Shown: one piece after another, positions 51,478 through 64,000 of the stretch
Numbering within the stretch: the first letter of the stretch is position 1
Layout: every line of letters starts with the position of its first letter
From: Lingula anatina
Taxonomy: Eukaryota; Animalia; Brachiopoda
Length of the DNA stretch: 64,000 nt
Reading direction: 5' to 3'
NCBI GenBank assembly: GCA_051362555.1
Contig: CM120643.1
Coordinates: 8,804,001-8,868,000 of the forward strand
Translations under genes and position numbers: made by a program
The notes under the pieces: model-generated
Told to the model about the DNA's origin: nothing
What the model saw: only the letters and a program-made list of their open reading frames with translations
Databases searched by the model: none

Positions 51478-52580
51478 GTAAGCGTCCGCTTTTGATTTTG
51501 ATTACTCAGTTAACGGTCTAAGTCTGTAGTAATAGAGTCAGTAGTGGTCACAGTTACTGACAGTCACCGGTAAGATGCGTAGCTTATCATTTAGTTTGAG
51601 CTTTGAAGAGAGCCGGCCGCTGTAACGAGACCCGCTGTATAGACCCGATCTAGGCACAAGAATATTCCTTGGCAACCAATGACAACAAACGGAGCTAATG
51701 CATTTTGCCCACGCATAGTCGACTTGACTTCGCTGTTGACTTGGATTGTAGCGAGACAAATAAGTCGTGACAGTGATGCACAGTTTGCATCTATTGAGTT
51801 ACAGTTAATGCAGTTGAAACATTTCATCACTGCCCTGCCTACCAGACACTCGAGAAAAAACTTTTCGCGGTTTATTAATTGTTTAAAAAATGCAATCTGC
51901 TTTGTGAAAAGGCCCATTAAATATAGAGAAATTGAGAAAATTGACATTCTTTTATTTCAATTATGATATATTTCTATGACCTTTTACATATTGTTTTAGA
52001 GGTAAATGTAGAAAGCTCACCCTATCAAAACTCCTTCTCAGTGACAGGGAAAGTGAAACTGAAACCTCTGTTGTTACAGGAGCTTATGTTAAGTGCATGG
52101 GAATAAAATACTAATATGATCTAACAAAAGTGGAACACTTGGGTTTGAATGTTTATTGCACCAGAGATAAATTTAGAACACACATTGTATACACAACAAT
52201 TTTAATTTACCCATGCTGCATATACTACATATATACTATATTTAATTTGTTTGTTTGTTTGTTTGTTTAAGCAGTAACAATTAGAAAATAATTATTAAAA
52301 ATATTGCACCCCTGACATTTTTTATGTTTTGCCAAGGAAAGTGAGGGTGGGACGCTGAACTACAAAGTTAACATTTAAATGTTTTTATGCTGAAGAAGCC
52401 TGACGTTTTTTCTTTGCATTAATAAAATGAGAACCAAAAGGGGATTAGTATAGGCAATTTAGGTGCTTTATTATTCTAAAACATTTAGAGAGATAATATC
52501 ACCTCAGATGACAGTGTAAGGTGCTGCATGGTAACTTTAAATTATTGTCCGCAGATATGTCAAGCCTTTGATAAGTCTAA

Positions 52581-52806
52581 GACCCCATTTCCATAGATTT
52601 TTAGATCGATCTATCCCTGTGGGGTGTCTCACTAGATTACTGTCAGCTTGGCCGGCTTAAGCGTCTGTCCCGCCTACTAAAAGCTGTAAGGGGGTAATTA
52701 ACTATGGTGCCCGCTCGGCTGACTGCAATTTAGCGTTAACCCCCAGGGAGTTAGGTCGATCTAAATCTTAATCTTTAGATCGATCTAAATCTCTGAGAAA
52801 GCACCC
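52581..52806 (-). mobile_element. MITE family A (reverse orientation)
   Basis: Reverse complement of 47105-47330 with few differences; flanked by CTAA / TTAG. Confidence 0.85.
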
Positions 52807-52955
52807 TTAGCTATAGGCATATGACATGAGAATCACAAATAAAATGCAAATTGTGGATTTTGCCTTGAACCGAGTGCTCAGCTCACACACACAGTAGTAT
52901 TAGCACATGTGCAGTGACAAATAGACTTCCCGATCTGCCAGTAGAGCTCTGTAAA

Positions 52956-53168
52956 GCCCCCTTTACACTGGACAGGGTCCTTTCTGCATTGCGTAGTATG
53001 GCCCTTGTTTGAGAGTAAAAAAAAAATTATGTGCTGACAACTGGCCAATTATTGAGCATTCATTCTGCAACCAAAGCAATGCTTGTGCATCCTTTCAATG
53101 ACCACAGTGTGCAAGTTGCATGGTTGCACAAAGGATGCAGAAAGGACGCCATCCAGTGTAATGGGGGC
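52956..53168. mobile_element. MITE family D
   Basis: GCCCCCTTTACACTGGA ... TCCAGTGTAATGGGGGC TIRs; reverse-oriented relative of 24135-24346. Confidence 0.75.
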
Positions 53169-53462
53169 TTTAACAGTTAATATCTACTAATACTATCTAA
53201 TGAAACATGCAATTACATTTACGCTTGTAAACCTGATATCACATAAGTGTGATAATAGGTCTAGATATATATTACATGTATGTATAACACAAGTAGTTTA
53301 GAGGGCCTGAAAAATGTACTGAAACATTTTAGTGCTCAGTAAAAAAATTATTATTAAATTATTATTAGTTAATAGTAAACAGTTATTGAATAATGATTTG
53401 CTGTATAACATGGATTTTTTTTTTCTTTTTTTTTTTAAAGATATTATATCCAGTTTGCCAAG

Positions 53463-55074
53463 ATGAGTGATAGCGACCTTAAAGCCAAGTTTCTGGAATA
53501 TTGTACATTTGGTGGACAAAAAGATAAGACCACAATCACCACCAAAAACTTGAACAAAATGTTTAAAGATTGCAACATCATCAACAAGAAGTTTAACAGT
53601 AACGCCTTAGACATTGCATTCTCTAAAATACTATCTAAAGGTCCAAAGGGGTAAGTCATTTGATTTTATTTTAAATTGAAATTTCTTGTAGTGTTTGACT
53701 TTAATCATGTATTTTAGTGATGTTAATGCACATACATTTGTAGCTAAAGCCATGTTAATTGTATTTTTATAATATAATTATAGAATTCACTACCCTGTAG
53801 GCATATTAATTGGAAAAAAGTTGAGTTTGAAATACAAAAGATAATGGATTTTTATGGTCATGTACACATTTTTCTGATGTTCTCACTATAAGTGCATTTT
53901 GCAGTTTCAGTGTATTTTTGATTTACATTTTGCTATGTACATGTAATTGACTTGTGCATTAAATTGATTTTCTCATTCTTTATAGCAGATCTTCATAGGT
54001 GCATCTTTATAGTAACTTATTAACACAGTGGTTAAAACGATCACTTGCTTCTCTTTTTTTTTTTTTGGCCATTGGCCATAAGTGCATTTTGCAGCTTCAT
54101 TGTATTTTTAATGTAAATTTTGCTACGTAATTAGCTTGTGCATTAAATTGACTTTCTTATTCTTTTTAGTAGATCTTCAATAGGTGCATCTTTATAGTAA
54201 CTTATTAACACAGTAGTTAAAACAATAACTTGCGTTTCTTTTTTTTTTTTTTTTTTTTGGGCCATTGTATACATATATACAATCATTACGTTGCAGGGCA
54301 AAAGAACTAAATTTTCAGCAGTTTAAGGATTTGCTGGCACTTCAAGAAATAAAAGATGCACACAAAGATAAGGACATTGCAAGCATTATTACTGGTGGTG
54401 GTGGACCAAGCCTGGCTGGCACAACTGTAAGTTTAATTATTGCAGAATTTGTCAGGAGCCCTATATAAATGCAAAATGTATTAGTTATTGGGGGTGGGTG
54501 GGTGGGGGTAAAGGGGGGGGGGGTAGAGGGGGGGGTAGAGGGCATTGAGATCAAGTTGATCTGCGGACTAACAGGTCTTTGGACTTAATATGGCTGACTC
54601 ACTTACAAGCAGTTTAGTTCAGACCTACTAAACTTTTATTTTTATGATAAAAGCTCTGCAAATTGTTGTCCATCACGATTTTTTGATTTTTTGAAAAGCA
54701 AGCCTTACTTGAACATTTGACTTTTATCTTTTTGCAACCTACCTCTTCTCATTTACCTTTTTATCACTATATTTTTCCTGCACTGTCAATACTTCCATAG
54801 TAACTCAAGTGCATTTTGATCATCAAAAGTTTTCTTGGTATAGCTATATTTTGCATGACCATTTTGTAACTCAGAAAATATCTGGTTTCAGGGCACAAGT
54901 AAGACTGGCAATGTTGCGGGTATGACAGATACGTCCAAGTACACTGGCTCTCACAAGGAGAGATTTGATGAGTCTGGCAAAGGCAAGGGGATTGGAGGCC
55001 GGGCAGATATTGCTGATGGCAGTGGATATGTTGGAAATTACAAGGGCGCTGGAACATATGACGCCACGCACTGA
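53463..55074 (+). CDS. TPPP: Tubulin polymerization-promoting protein (TPPP/p25-alpha), canonical copy, 166 aa
   Basis: Exons 53463-53650, 54297-54426, 54892-55074: [41 protein letters not shown]...[14 protein letters not shown], with an intact GxGxGxxGR motif. Confidence 0.95.
53886..54267 (+). repeat. ~190-bp tandem duplication in the first coding intron of canonical TPPP
   Basis: ATAAGTGCATTTTGCAG...TAGGTGCATCTTTATAGTAACTTATTAACACAGT...poly-T GGCCATTG occurs twice. Confidence 0.85.
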
Positions 55075-58051
55075 GATTAAGGACCCTACTTTTTGTTCAT
55101 TTGATGCTTTGTGTTTGTTTGTAGGCAGCCGTTTTAATATGTTGCTTCACTTAGAAGAGAGCAGGCTTTGGTTTTAAGAAACATTTTAATTATAGTACAA
55201 GATATTGAAGAATTTGACTGTGCTTGTTGGAATGCAAAATCTTTGTTGATATACATGTAGATTCTAAACTTCAATTTGGTGGACAATTCTAAATAGTTTA
55301 GTGGTCAGTTAGTGAAAATTTCATCGTCAGTTTGAAAAATAAGGAAGATTTTTGTGTGCTAACAGTGTCATCATACATATTATTATTGCCCCATTTATGT
55401 GTTTATAGAGAGCATTTATAGAAAAAAATTAGAAGATTTTTCCAGGGTTTTGTCGATATAAAAAATACAATTAAGCCAGATTAAATTGATAAGTTAATTG
55501 GTATACACGATGACTGACCTTACATTTGAAGAAATTGGATTTATTTAGGCAGTACCTAGATCACTTATCTATCAAAAGCTTTTTTCCATACTTAAAAGTA
55601 CATTGAGTTAAGTACAAAATAACATGCACCCATAAAATTATGTCATAAATGAGGAACTGGAGCAAATTTTGTTGTTGCTGTATTTTTGAAAGTGGCATTC
55701 TTTTGAGATAAAAGCTTATGATGACATTAAGAAAATAATTAACAGAACAACAAATTAAATCTCTAAAACCTAAATTCAAGTATGTATTTTGTGCGTGGGC
55801 ACAAAGTTTCTTATTCTGATGATTGCTTTTAATTTTGCCACAGGCTTGAATATGTACTGATTACAGTTTTATTCAATTTGGTAATGTTGCCCATCTTTCT
55901 GGGGTACTTCAGTGTTGGACGCTTTAGTTTAAAGGACAGCTACATGTTATTTCAATCCGTCCAAATATTTGTTCTGAAATATGATTTTTAAATTTATATT
56001 TTTATTAATACAAAGCTCATGTTTAATTTTTAATATTTCATTTTGTTTTATTTAGAATTTGCTTATTTACTGTACATCACAAACAGCTTCAACTTAGCAA
56101 GCAGCTGCTTTTGTCAAATTATATACAGTATTCAGGGTTTTGGTACACTTATTGTCACTAACAGGATATTTTGTATTGGAGATACTGGATAAAGCCATTT
56201 GGATTTTTATTCTGCACATTTTACCATTATGATACAACTGTCAGCATGGTAAAATGGATTTTTCATATTCTTTTGTGCAAAGATCAGAAAAAAGTTAAAT
56301 TTAACTCGCATCCACTACTCTTGTCATGAAAACGTCATTTCTCATATAATCTTTAAAGTTAGAAACCAGTGACTTTTTTTAAAGAAACCAAACAGCACGT
56401 AGAATATGTGATAATTTTGTATTTACACAACACTTACTCACCAGCTTATCTGTAAAAGTTTTTTTAAAACATTTTTAGCAATATGTTTATTTGAGATCTT
56501 ATTTACTTGTATATTTTCAACTTATCCTACTCTTATTATGATACACGTTTTATTGTCAGATGTTCTGTACCTGTGTTTTAGGGGTCTTCAATAAATTCCA
56601 ATCAAAAGACGAATTGTATGGATTTTTCTTACTTCAAACAGTTGCTTTGTTTTGTATATGTATTCATATAACATTATAGATCAACCATGCCAAGCTGTAA
56701 GACCAGTAATCCAATCGTTTCCCAACGTGGAAGCTGGTGGTCAATGTTTACTTAATGAAGCTCAAGATTTCTTGATTACACCCGTCAATACTTTTTATTG
56801 ACATCATTGGATCACTTTTCACCCTTAATTGTGTGTACTGAGAAGGTGCAGGGGGGGGGGGGGGGGGGGGGGGAGGCACACCCAGCAACTGCTTTCCGGT
56901 TGGAACCTGACCATTTTTGACACATTCTTGTGTTATTCTAAAATGTCCTGGTTTTCTTTATAATCAATGAATACCCTTTACCAAGGTCACAAAGATTTAG
57001 ATATTCACAGATATTTTTGTTGCTAATTCCATGCATATTTCTGTCCTGTTACTACCAAGCTGGTCTCTCGTAAAAAAAGTAAACAATCAAAGCAGCAATT
57101 GGAGTCAGACATGATGTTCAACATTCAGTTGAACATCTATAAAACTCTAATATCAATGTCCATGTAAAACCATTTTACTTACCATTCAGTCCACGTCTCC
57201 CTGCTAGTTTCATGTCAATTTTCTCCATACTAAGTCCATAAAGTAGACTCCATCAGACCTCTGTGATTAACATTTTGTTTCCATTTCAAGCAATATCGTA
57301 CAAATCATAATGTATATCTCCTGGTCTGTATAACAGCACTAAGTGGACATAGCTAGCCCAAGTGCTTTTCCAGTTGGCTGGGCTGGATATAGACCCCCCC
57401 CCCCCTTTTTTTATTTTGAAGGGACTAAAAACAAGTATTTGAAATAGGAAAACGATTCAAATATTAAGCATTGTTTGAAATTTGAGTGTAATTACCATAA
57501 TGATTATAGTCATCTGCCTGAGAACAAATTTCAACAACATTCAAATTTGAATTTGCAAGTCTATTGAATAACAAAGGATTTCGATTGTTATGTTTATGCC
57601 AAGGCCAAATGGCACACAGCATATACACACCAACTTACAAGCTGCTACTGTTGACTAACTCGGTGCTTATAACAACTCAAACAACATTACACACAACAGT
57701 AATTTAACACCAATTATAGTTTATTTGGAGTAGGTAGAAAATAAATATTTACAATATATGAAGCAAAGTTTGATGAAAATGGTGACATAAAGTATATTTA
57801 GTCATTAAATTTGATTATATGCAAATGGTGTTTGGCAAATATTAACAATAAAAATCACAGCTGAGGAGTGTAGTTGAAGATCCCTTATGGATAAACAAAT
57901 TTCTTCACTTGAATGACACTAATTTTCGTGATCAAAAGATCACCTCTTTACATCAAGCACAAAACTAGATATGAGAGTGCCTGCAGTTCACTCGAATGCT
58001 ATCAAGTATAGCTATACTCACACAGGAATCTGCATGGAAAATCAATATGTG

Positions 58052-58325
58052 GTTTTAGGAGGTTAAAATGAATAACTGTGTTAAGTCCTCACTTCCCTGG
58101 AGATTATATGTCAAACTGGAGGTCTTAAATGTAGAAGTATAAATGGGGACTATGTAACCATTTGCTACCTAGTAGCCCTAATATCTGATTTTAGGAGGTT
58201 AGAGTGGATAACCGTGTTAAGCCCTCGTTTCCCTGGAGATAATACACGAAACTCGAGGCCTTAAAAGCAGACATGTATATAAATGAGGGCTATGTAACCA
58301 TTTGCCCCCCATTAGTCCTATTTTA
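58052..58325 (+). repeat. ~135-bp tandem duplication
   Basis: TTTTAGGAGGTTA...GTGTTAAG...TTCCCTGGAGAT...CTATGTAACCATTTGC occurs twice. Confidence 0.8.
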
Positions 58326-59555
58326 AACAGTAAGCACTCTCTAATACTTATCATGTATAACATGGTTATCATGGAAGACATTAACCAGCATAAAATCCCC
58401 AGTGTTGTTGAGGCGGTACAAATTCCATTGTTTGGTGGTTGGTATGGAAAGGAGGATTCCAGAGAATCCAAAACAGAGGCGGTTTGGGCTGGAATTGTAA
58501 CAGACTTACGAAAAATTAATCATGTCATGATAAAGTAGAAACAGAGTTCCAAGCACAGATGTTCGATTCACACCACCATAATTTTCCAGATATATACTGT
58601 AATTTCCTTTTACAAACCAGCATTACTTCTTAATTAAGTTATCTGAAACAGCATGTGTACGTAGTGATGAAACAGTTTCTCATTAACTCAGAACCTAAGG
58701 GCTAAAGAATGACCATTGCTTAGGCTTCTAAGATAATATTCCAGTGATGACCACAACTCTCTGAACATTGAAAATCACTTGAACATTTCCATCCTGGTCT
58801 TCCATAAACTTTCTGTGATAAATGAGACAGATACCGCCCAGAATCATACGATCAATATAATACAATGATTTGTCACATTCAGCTCTTGATATTATGATAG
58901 TATGGGTGAAAATTGTAAAAACTGATAATCCTGATTCTGAAAATGTAGCCGGGTGGCAAAGAGGCTGCAGGGCCCTCAGTGGGTCCAGGGCAAATTAAGA
59001 CTTAAAATCTAGCAATCCAGCATAATATGAAAAATTTTCACCCATGTAATCCTTAACAGAAGGCAGTGAACCAGGAAAAATACAGGGGCGGATCCAGGGA
59101 TATTTTCCAAATTATCTTAAGTTTGTTGATCAATCTTCCATTTTGACCATCTTCCCGACTTCCGACAGAAATAATTAGATGCTGGTCAATGAAGAAGAAC
59201 CAGAAGACGGACTCTGTCCGCCCCTGGAATAAGTTGCAATTTGGACATTTCTGTAACTGGCTGTGCAATTTCCATTTCTAAATGTATTTTCATTGATCTG
59301 TGGTGGGGATTATAGATATTACCCTGGCAATCATGAGACCCTGGAGTGTCAAGACACTATACAACCTCCAACATGTGACTTTAAAGAGAGAAAAGAGAAG
59401 CAAGTCCTAAAAATAAATATTAAATAAATAAATAAATAAAAATTTTTAAAAAATCCACTGATGAAAACAATATACATTGCACTAAACCTATGGTTTCCTT
59501 AAGGTTATCATATCATATTCTGCACTGGTGACCTGATGTGAACACACAGAAAAAT

Positions 59556-59604
<49 letters not shown>

Positions 59605-60541
59605 AAATGAAATAACAATGCAGTAACAAATATATATATATAATCTTACAATAATTATACTGAGCAAAAAGTGAAAGGTGGGATTATACAAAATGTTACA
59701 CATTGATAAAAAAAGGACTTCACATACAAAATGATATGTACACTTAATATTATACAAAAGGTTGAAGTAAAAATATAGATACCACTCCAGTCAAATGACT
59801 GAACAGAAAATGACGCAAGAGTAAGCTTGTTAATTAACTACTTTACAAGAACTTTACACGTTTCTTATTTGGCTGATGCATCATATTATAGAATATCCCC
59901 TTTTAGGAGTTTAAGTGGCCATGGTTTGTTGTGATACAGTATTGTTTACCCTCTGGTTACAATTGGTGGCAGTGACCAAAATTACAAAAATAAAACTGAA
60001 AATATGTTCTGTTCCTTTGATTGATATTAAAACAGCATCTGGGACTATTTATATTTATGCTGTTAAAATATACAAATCATTATAAATATAAATGAAACAG
60101 CACAAACCAATGAAATGACCACAATATATCTTTAAATTGAAACTTGCTGTATTGTAACTATACTGTAAGGATTTTTGTTCAAATAAAGTGCTTGAAATGG
60201 GCAGCTTTAATATTACACCTGTAATTACCTTGTTCTGACACAATAAACCAAAAGATCCCTCCGTCAACATGTTTTTGAATGTAGACAGATGCCCCTAAGT
60301 CCAACTGGTCATGCAGGCCAAGAGTTAATTAATTTTTTTCAACAGCTGTGCACGCCAATTTTAAGTCTGCTCCATGTTAATTCACTGGTATGGAACATCA
60401 GAAGAAACCAGAAATTTACGTTTTGAAGAAATAAACTCCAATTTGCAAATCTTCCTGCTCATTACCAGCTACAAGTACAAAATACAACATATCACTCTCT
60501 GTGAAATAAATAAATAAATAAAAAGTACACAGAAACTGTTC

Positions 60542-63500
60542 TTATTGATATCCATTTGTATGAGTGCTATCCCCCATGGAGGGCAGAAAACTCGCAGTCT
60601 TTTTCATTTGTTCATAGCTCCAATGGAGCTGCTGAACCTCAGCCTTGTGACGCTCTCGTGACTCATCCAGCTCACGGATTAGGTGCTCATTTGTCTGCAC
60701 TAGAGACCTAAAGGAATAAAATAAACAATGAAACCATTATTTAACAAAATATCAAATTCACTGCACATTAGGCAGATAACATAACATCATTTGAGGAAAT
60801 GGGTATAAACACTGTGCTGCACATTTCATAAATTGATATGAGAGAGAGAGAGAGAGAGCTTCCAATTGAAGAAAAGACTTAAATTCAATTTCTTAATTAA
60901 TTAAAAGCAGAAGCTAAGTTTATTTTCCGTTTTTTTTTTTTTCCTTCTAGTATAAGAAAAATCAAATTCAAATGCTGAAAACCAATGAAGTATGTTTTTA
61001 ATAACATTCATGTTTGAATCTAATAAAGTGCAACATCAATTAATACATCAAAATTTTCATGCTCAACTGAAAATTTTAATAAAAAGAAACAAGTGCAGAA
61101 GACACCCATACAAGAGAGAAAAATGATTACAGTTCTTACTTGTGACTCTCCTGTAACATGGACGCCAGTTCCTGCATCTGGGCATACTGCTTCAGACGAA
61201 TCTTTAACGTGTCCGTCTCGTGTTGCAACCTCTGGTTTTCGGCATGCAGCTCTTCTGTAACGCGATGACAACAGAACTTACTTGTGTTGCGAGAGAACCA
61301 ACTCAAGTTTTTAAAATAACAATTTATAATTCATCACATTTTGATGGGCCATTCACACCTAAAACAGGCCCTCCACTTCTGTTCAAACAGGCTGTCCAAT
61401 GGCTAAACACTTTGTGATGTCCACTATGGACTCATTCCCAATAAAGCTATCATTCTACGTAGATCGATCTAACTCCGTGGGGACTCTCACTGAATGCAAT
61501 CAGATTAACAAACATCCTCTTGTTTCCAATGTACTCCTATATAATCACCAGCTTTTCTGTATTCTACTCAATGCCAAGAGGTGGTGTGTTAATCTGTGTT
61601 AATCTCACTGTTTTTAGGAAGAGTCCCGCGGAGTTGGATCGATCTACGTAAAACAAGGATTTCCAATGGGATTGAGCCCTATAAGCCATACTGGCAAGGG
61701 TTTTCCCAGTGAACCATCAAGTTGTCATTTGGATGGCCACCAGCATCACTGAATGGCCTATATTTTCAAAGACAGCTGGATGGTTTATAGCATTTTTGGT
61801 CATATGACAGCTTTAGGCATACTTGGACTCACTGAAATTTTGTCGGAAATCACAGGTGGTTATTTTGGATGGCCTATTCCCATAATCCTAAGAAAAACCC
61901 TGCATACAAGTGTATGGTATGGACCAGCTGGAACTCAAATCCATCCCAGGCACCATCTTCAGGGTACCACTCTACCTACCAAGATGTCCGCTGTCCACTG
62001 CGCTGGAACCTAGTCCTGTGAACGATGTGTTCTTGGCTGTCTGTTGTCCACCTTCTGATGCTGAGAGCCTCTGTTGTAACACCTTGTTCTCCTCAATGGA
62101 CTGCTGCAGCCTTTCTCTTAGGATTTCCTGAAGATTTTATAAAAGATTTTAAATCATGATATACTGAAGCCCTTTTCTAAAAACCTCCTAAACAGTTACA
62201 TAGACTTTACACTAAATTTCCAAGGATATCTTTTTATGTCATTCTAAGGAAAACAATTTGGTAAATATCTCTGATTTAGCAAAAAAACATTTTTTAAAAT
62301 GTAATAAAAGTTTTAAAAAATTAGTGCATACATTTGCCATGATATTATCCTTTAAAAGTGATAATTGTTTTGGGGGAAACTGATGTATTTATAAATTCAC
62401 ACCATTCAATCCTTACCACATCTTTCTGTACTTGGTGTAAAGTGTTTTTAAGTCTAGGATCCTCTTCTTCAGCTCTCTGGTTAGCCAGGCTCTCAAGCCG
62501 TTCCCGTAGCTGGCTATTCTCTTGCTTTAGCCTGTCTATCTGCTCCTGTACCTGGGCCATGCCAGGGCCCGAGTCTTGGCCTTGCAGGTGCTCATTCAGG
62601 AAGCTGTGGGCCATCTCTGAAAGTAAGGCATACCAACAACAGTTTTTCCAGCAAAAAGTCAAGCTGTCATCTGAAAAAGGCTCCAGCATCACTTGACAGC
62701 CTATGTTTACAAAAATGGCTGGACGGATTATTGAGTTTTTTTCTGTTTTTTCTGGAAATATAATAGCTTAAGGCATACTTGGACTCCCTTTTGTAGGAAA
62801 TTAGGGTTGGTAATTTTGAACGGCCTGTACCCCCAATCCTGGGAAAAAAGGCTGCATGTCAAACATAGCAGTCAAAGTACGTCTTATGCCTGAAATTTGA
62901 GGATCAAGATATATATCTTGCTATACCTTAGCAACCAGTCGGTGATAGTAGCACTAGCCCCACACCTAATGCCAACAAAATTTGTACATTTATTAATTTA
63001 CTGTTCTTTTTTTCTGATTTGGATCAAAAGATTCTTAGACCCTTTCAGCTTGAAAAGCAAAAACTTACAACACCAATGCTTCTAGACCTCTTCGTATGAG
63101 ATCTATATTTCACAATAAAAACATTGTGAACAACTCACTGAAATATAACATATTGTTGTACAAGAAAAACGGCAGTTATAGCTATTATTCTGATATCTGA
63201 GCTTGTCTTTAGACCACGTGACCTCCATTGATGGCTATACTCTGTTATAATCTCTTAAGAGATTATAAAAAAAAATAATAATAAAAAAAAAATAAAAAAA
63301 AAACTTTTTTAGAAAAAACCCAGGGACTAACTTTGAATGTAAAAATGGATTCATAAACCATTGGTAAAAATGGAAAATTGTTGTTTACCCCAGGAAAATT
63401 AATTTTTTGGCCAAAATGAAGAGTTATTATCCCTTTAGCAAAAGAATAAACAAACATTTTCACAATTTTCACTTTTATTCCAGTACAGTGTTTCTACAAC

Positions 63501-63794
63501 ACAAGGCATGGACTAGGATAGTGTGCATAGTTTCAGGTATACAATAAGAAAAGAAAGCCACTCACTTTGAAACCTGGAATTCCTATGTAAAGATTTGGCC
63601 CCATTCCAATACTTGTCCGCCAAATCACAGAGATGACTCAGCAGTTCCTCTCTGCCCAGCCCTACTGACTCACTGCTGACATCTGGTGGTGGCCTGATGG
63701 AAGATGGCGGCTCGAGGATAGATGGTATTTGTGACAGGGTCGTTTGGCGTTGGTCTGGCTGTGGCTGGAGTTTCTCAGGAGGAGTGTGACCAAG
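60542..63794 (-). CDS. CEP72: Centrosomal protein CEP72 (CEP72/LRRC36 family), last five exons; gene continues beyond the window
   Basis: Minus-strand exons 63794-63566, 62616-62417, 62127-61980, 61254-61140, 60707-60542 with consistent phases. Translation includes LCDLADKYWNGAKSLHRN and QELASMLQESHK|SLVQTNEHLIRELDESRERHKAEVQQLHWSYEQMKKT, matching the recalled CEP72 C-terminus (MLQESHSSLVSTNEHLLQEL...EVEQMHWSYQELKKT). Confidence 0.9.
61428..61679. mobile_element. MITE in a CEP72 intron
   Basis: GGACTCATTCCCA...TACGTAGATCGATCTAACTCCGTGGGGACTCT versus AGAGTCCCGCGGAGTTGGATCGATCTACGTA...TGGGATTGAGCCC. Confidence 0.75.
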
Positions 63795-63843
63795 CTGCAG
63801 ACAGAATATATATATAATGTAATGAATTGAATAGCATCTAAAA

Positions 63844-64000
63844 CCCCCTTCACACTGGACGGCGCTCTTTCAGCGTCCTTTCCGCGACCATGAAACTTGA
63901 ATCACTGTGGTCATAGAAAGCAGGCACAAGCATCGCTTTGGTTGCAGAAGGAATTCTCAATGATCGACCAGTTGTCAGCATGCAAAATACATATATTTTT
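63844..64000. mobile_element. MITE family D, cut by the window end
   Basis: Aligns by eye with 24135-24290 (ACACTGGACGGCG...GCGACCATGAAACTTG...GGTTGCAGAA). Confidence 0.7.

Noticed and set aside
54875-54891. Upstream TCAG acceptor before the last TPPP exon, present in all three copies
   Set aside because: Its use shifts the frame and hits an early stop in copies 2 and 3; its conservation is explained by the duplication.
1-64000. tRNA, rRNA or snRNA genes
   Set aside because: No cloverleaf or other recognisable structural RNA signature seen by eye; a covariance-model scan would be needed to exclude them.

Overview
AT-rich, intron-containing animal (probably marine invertebrate) genomic DNA, not prokaryotic. 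(1) 2609-29741 (+): a ~3,530-codon polycystin-1 family gene. I traced 36 GT-AG exons with consistent phases, encoding WSC, PKD repeats, a PKD1-type Cys-rich (LDL-A-like) region, REJ, GAIN/GPS, TM1, PLAT, TOP and a TRPP-type channel module. The 5' end is unresolved. (2) 36.5-55.1 kb (+): three tandem TPPP/p25-alpha paralogues with identical intron positions: one canonical, one with a degraded Gly-rich motif, and one whose last exon is disrupted or re-spliced. (3) 60542-63794 (-): the last five exons of CEP72, tail-to-tail with TPPP, as in the vertebrate CEP72-TPPP and LRRC36-TPPP3 pairs. Introns and intergenic DNA hold several MITE families, a nested Harbinger-like derivative, a LINE remnant, local tandem duplications and microsatellites. 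All calls are by eye; no database search was run.
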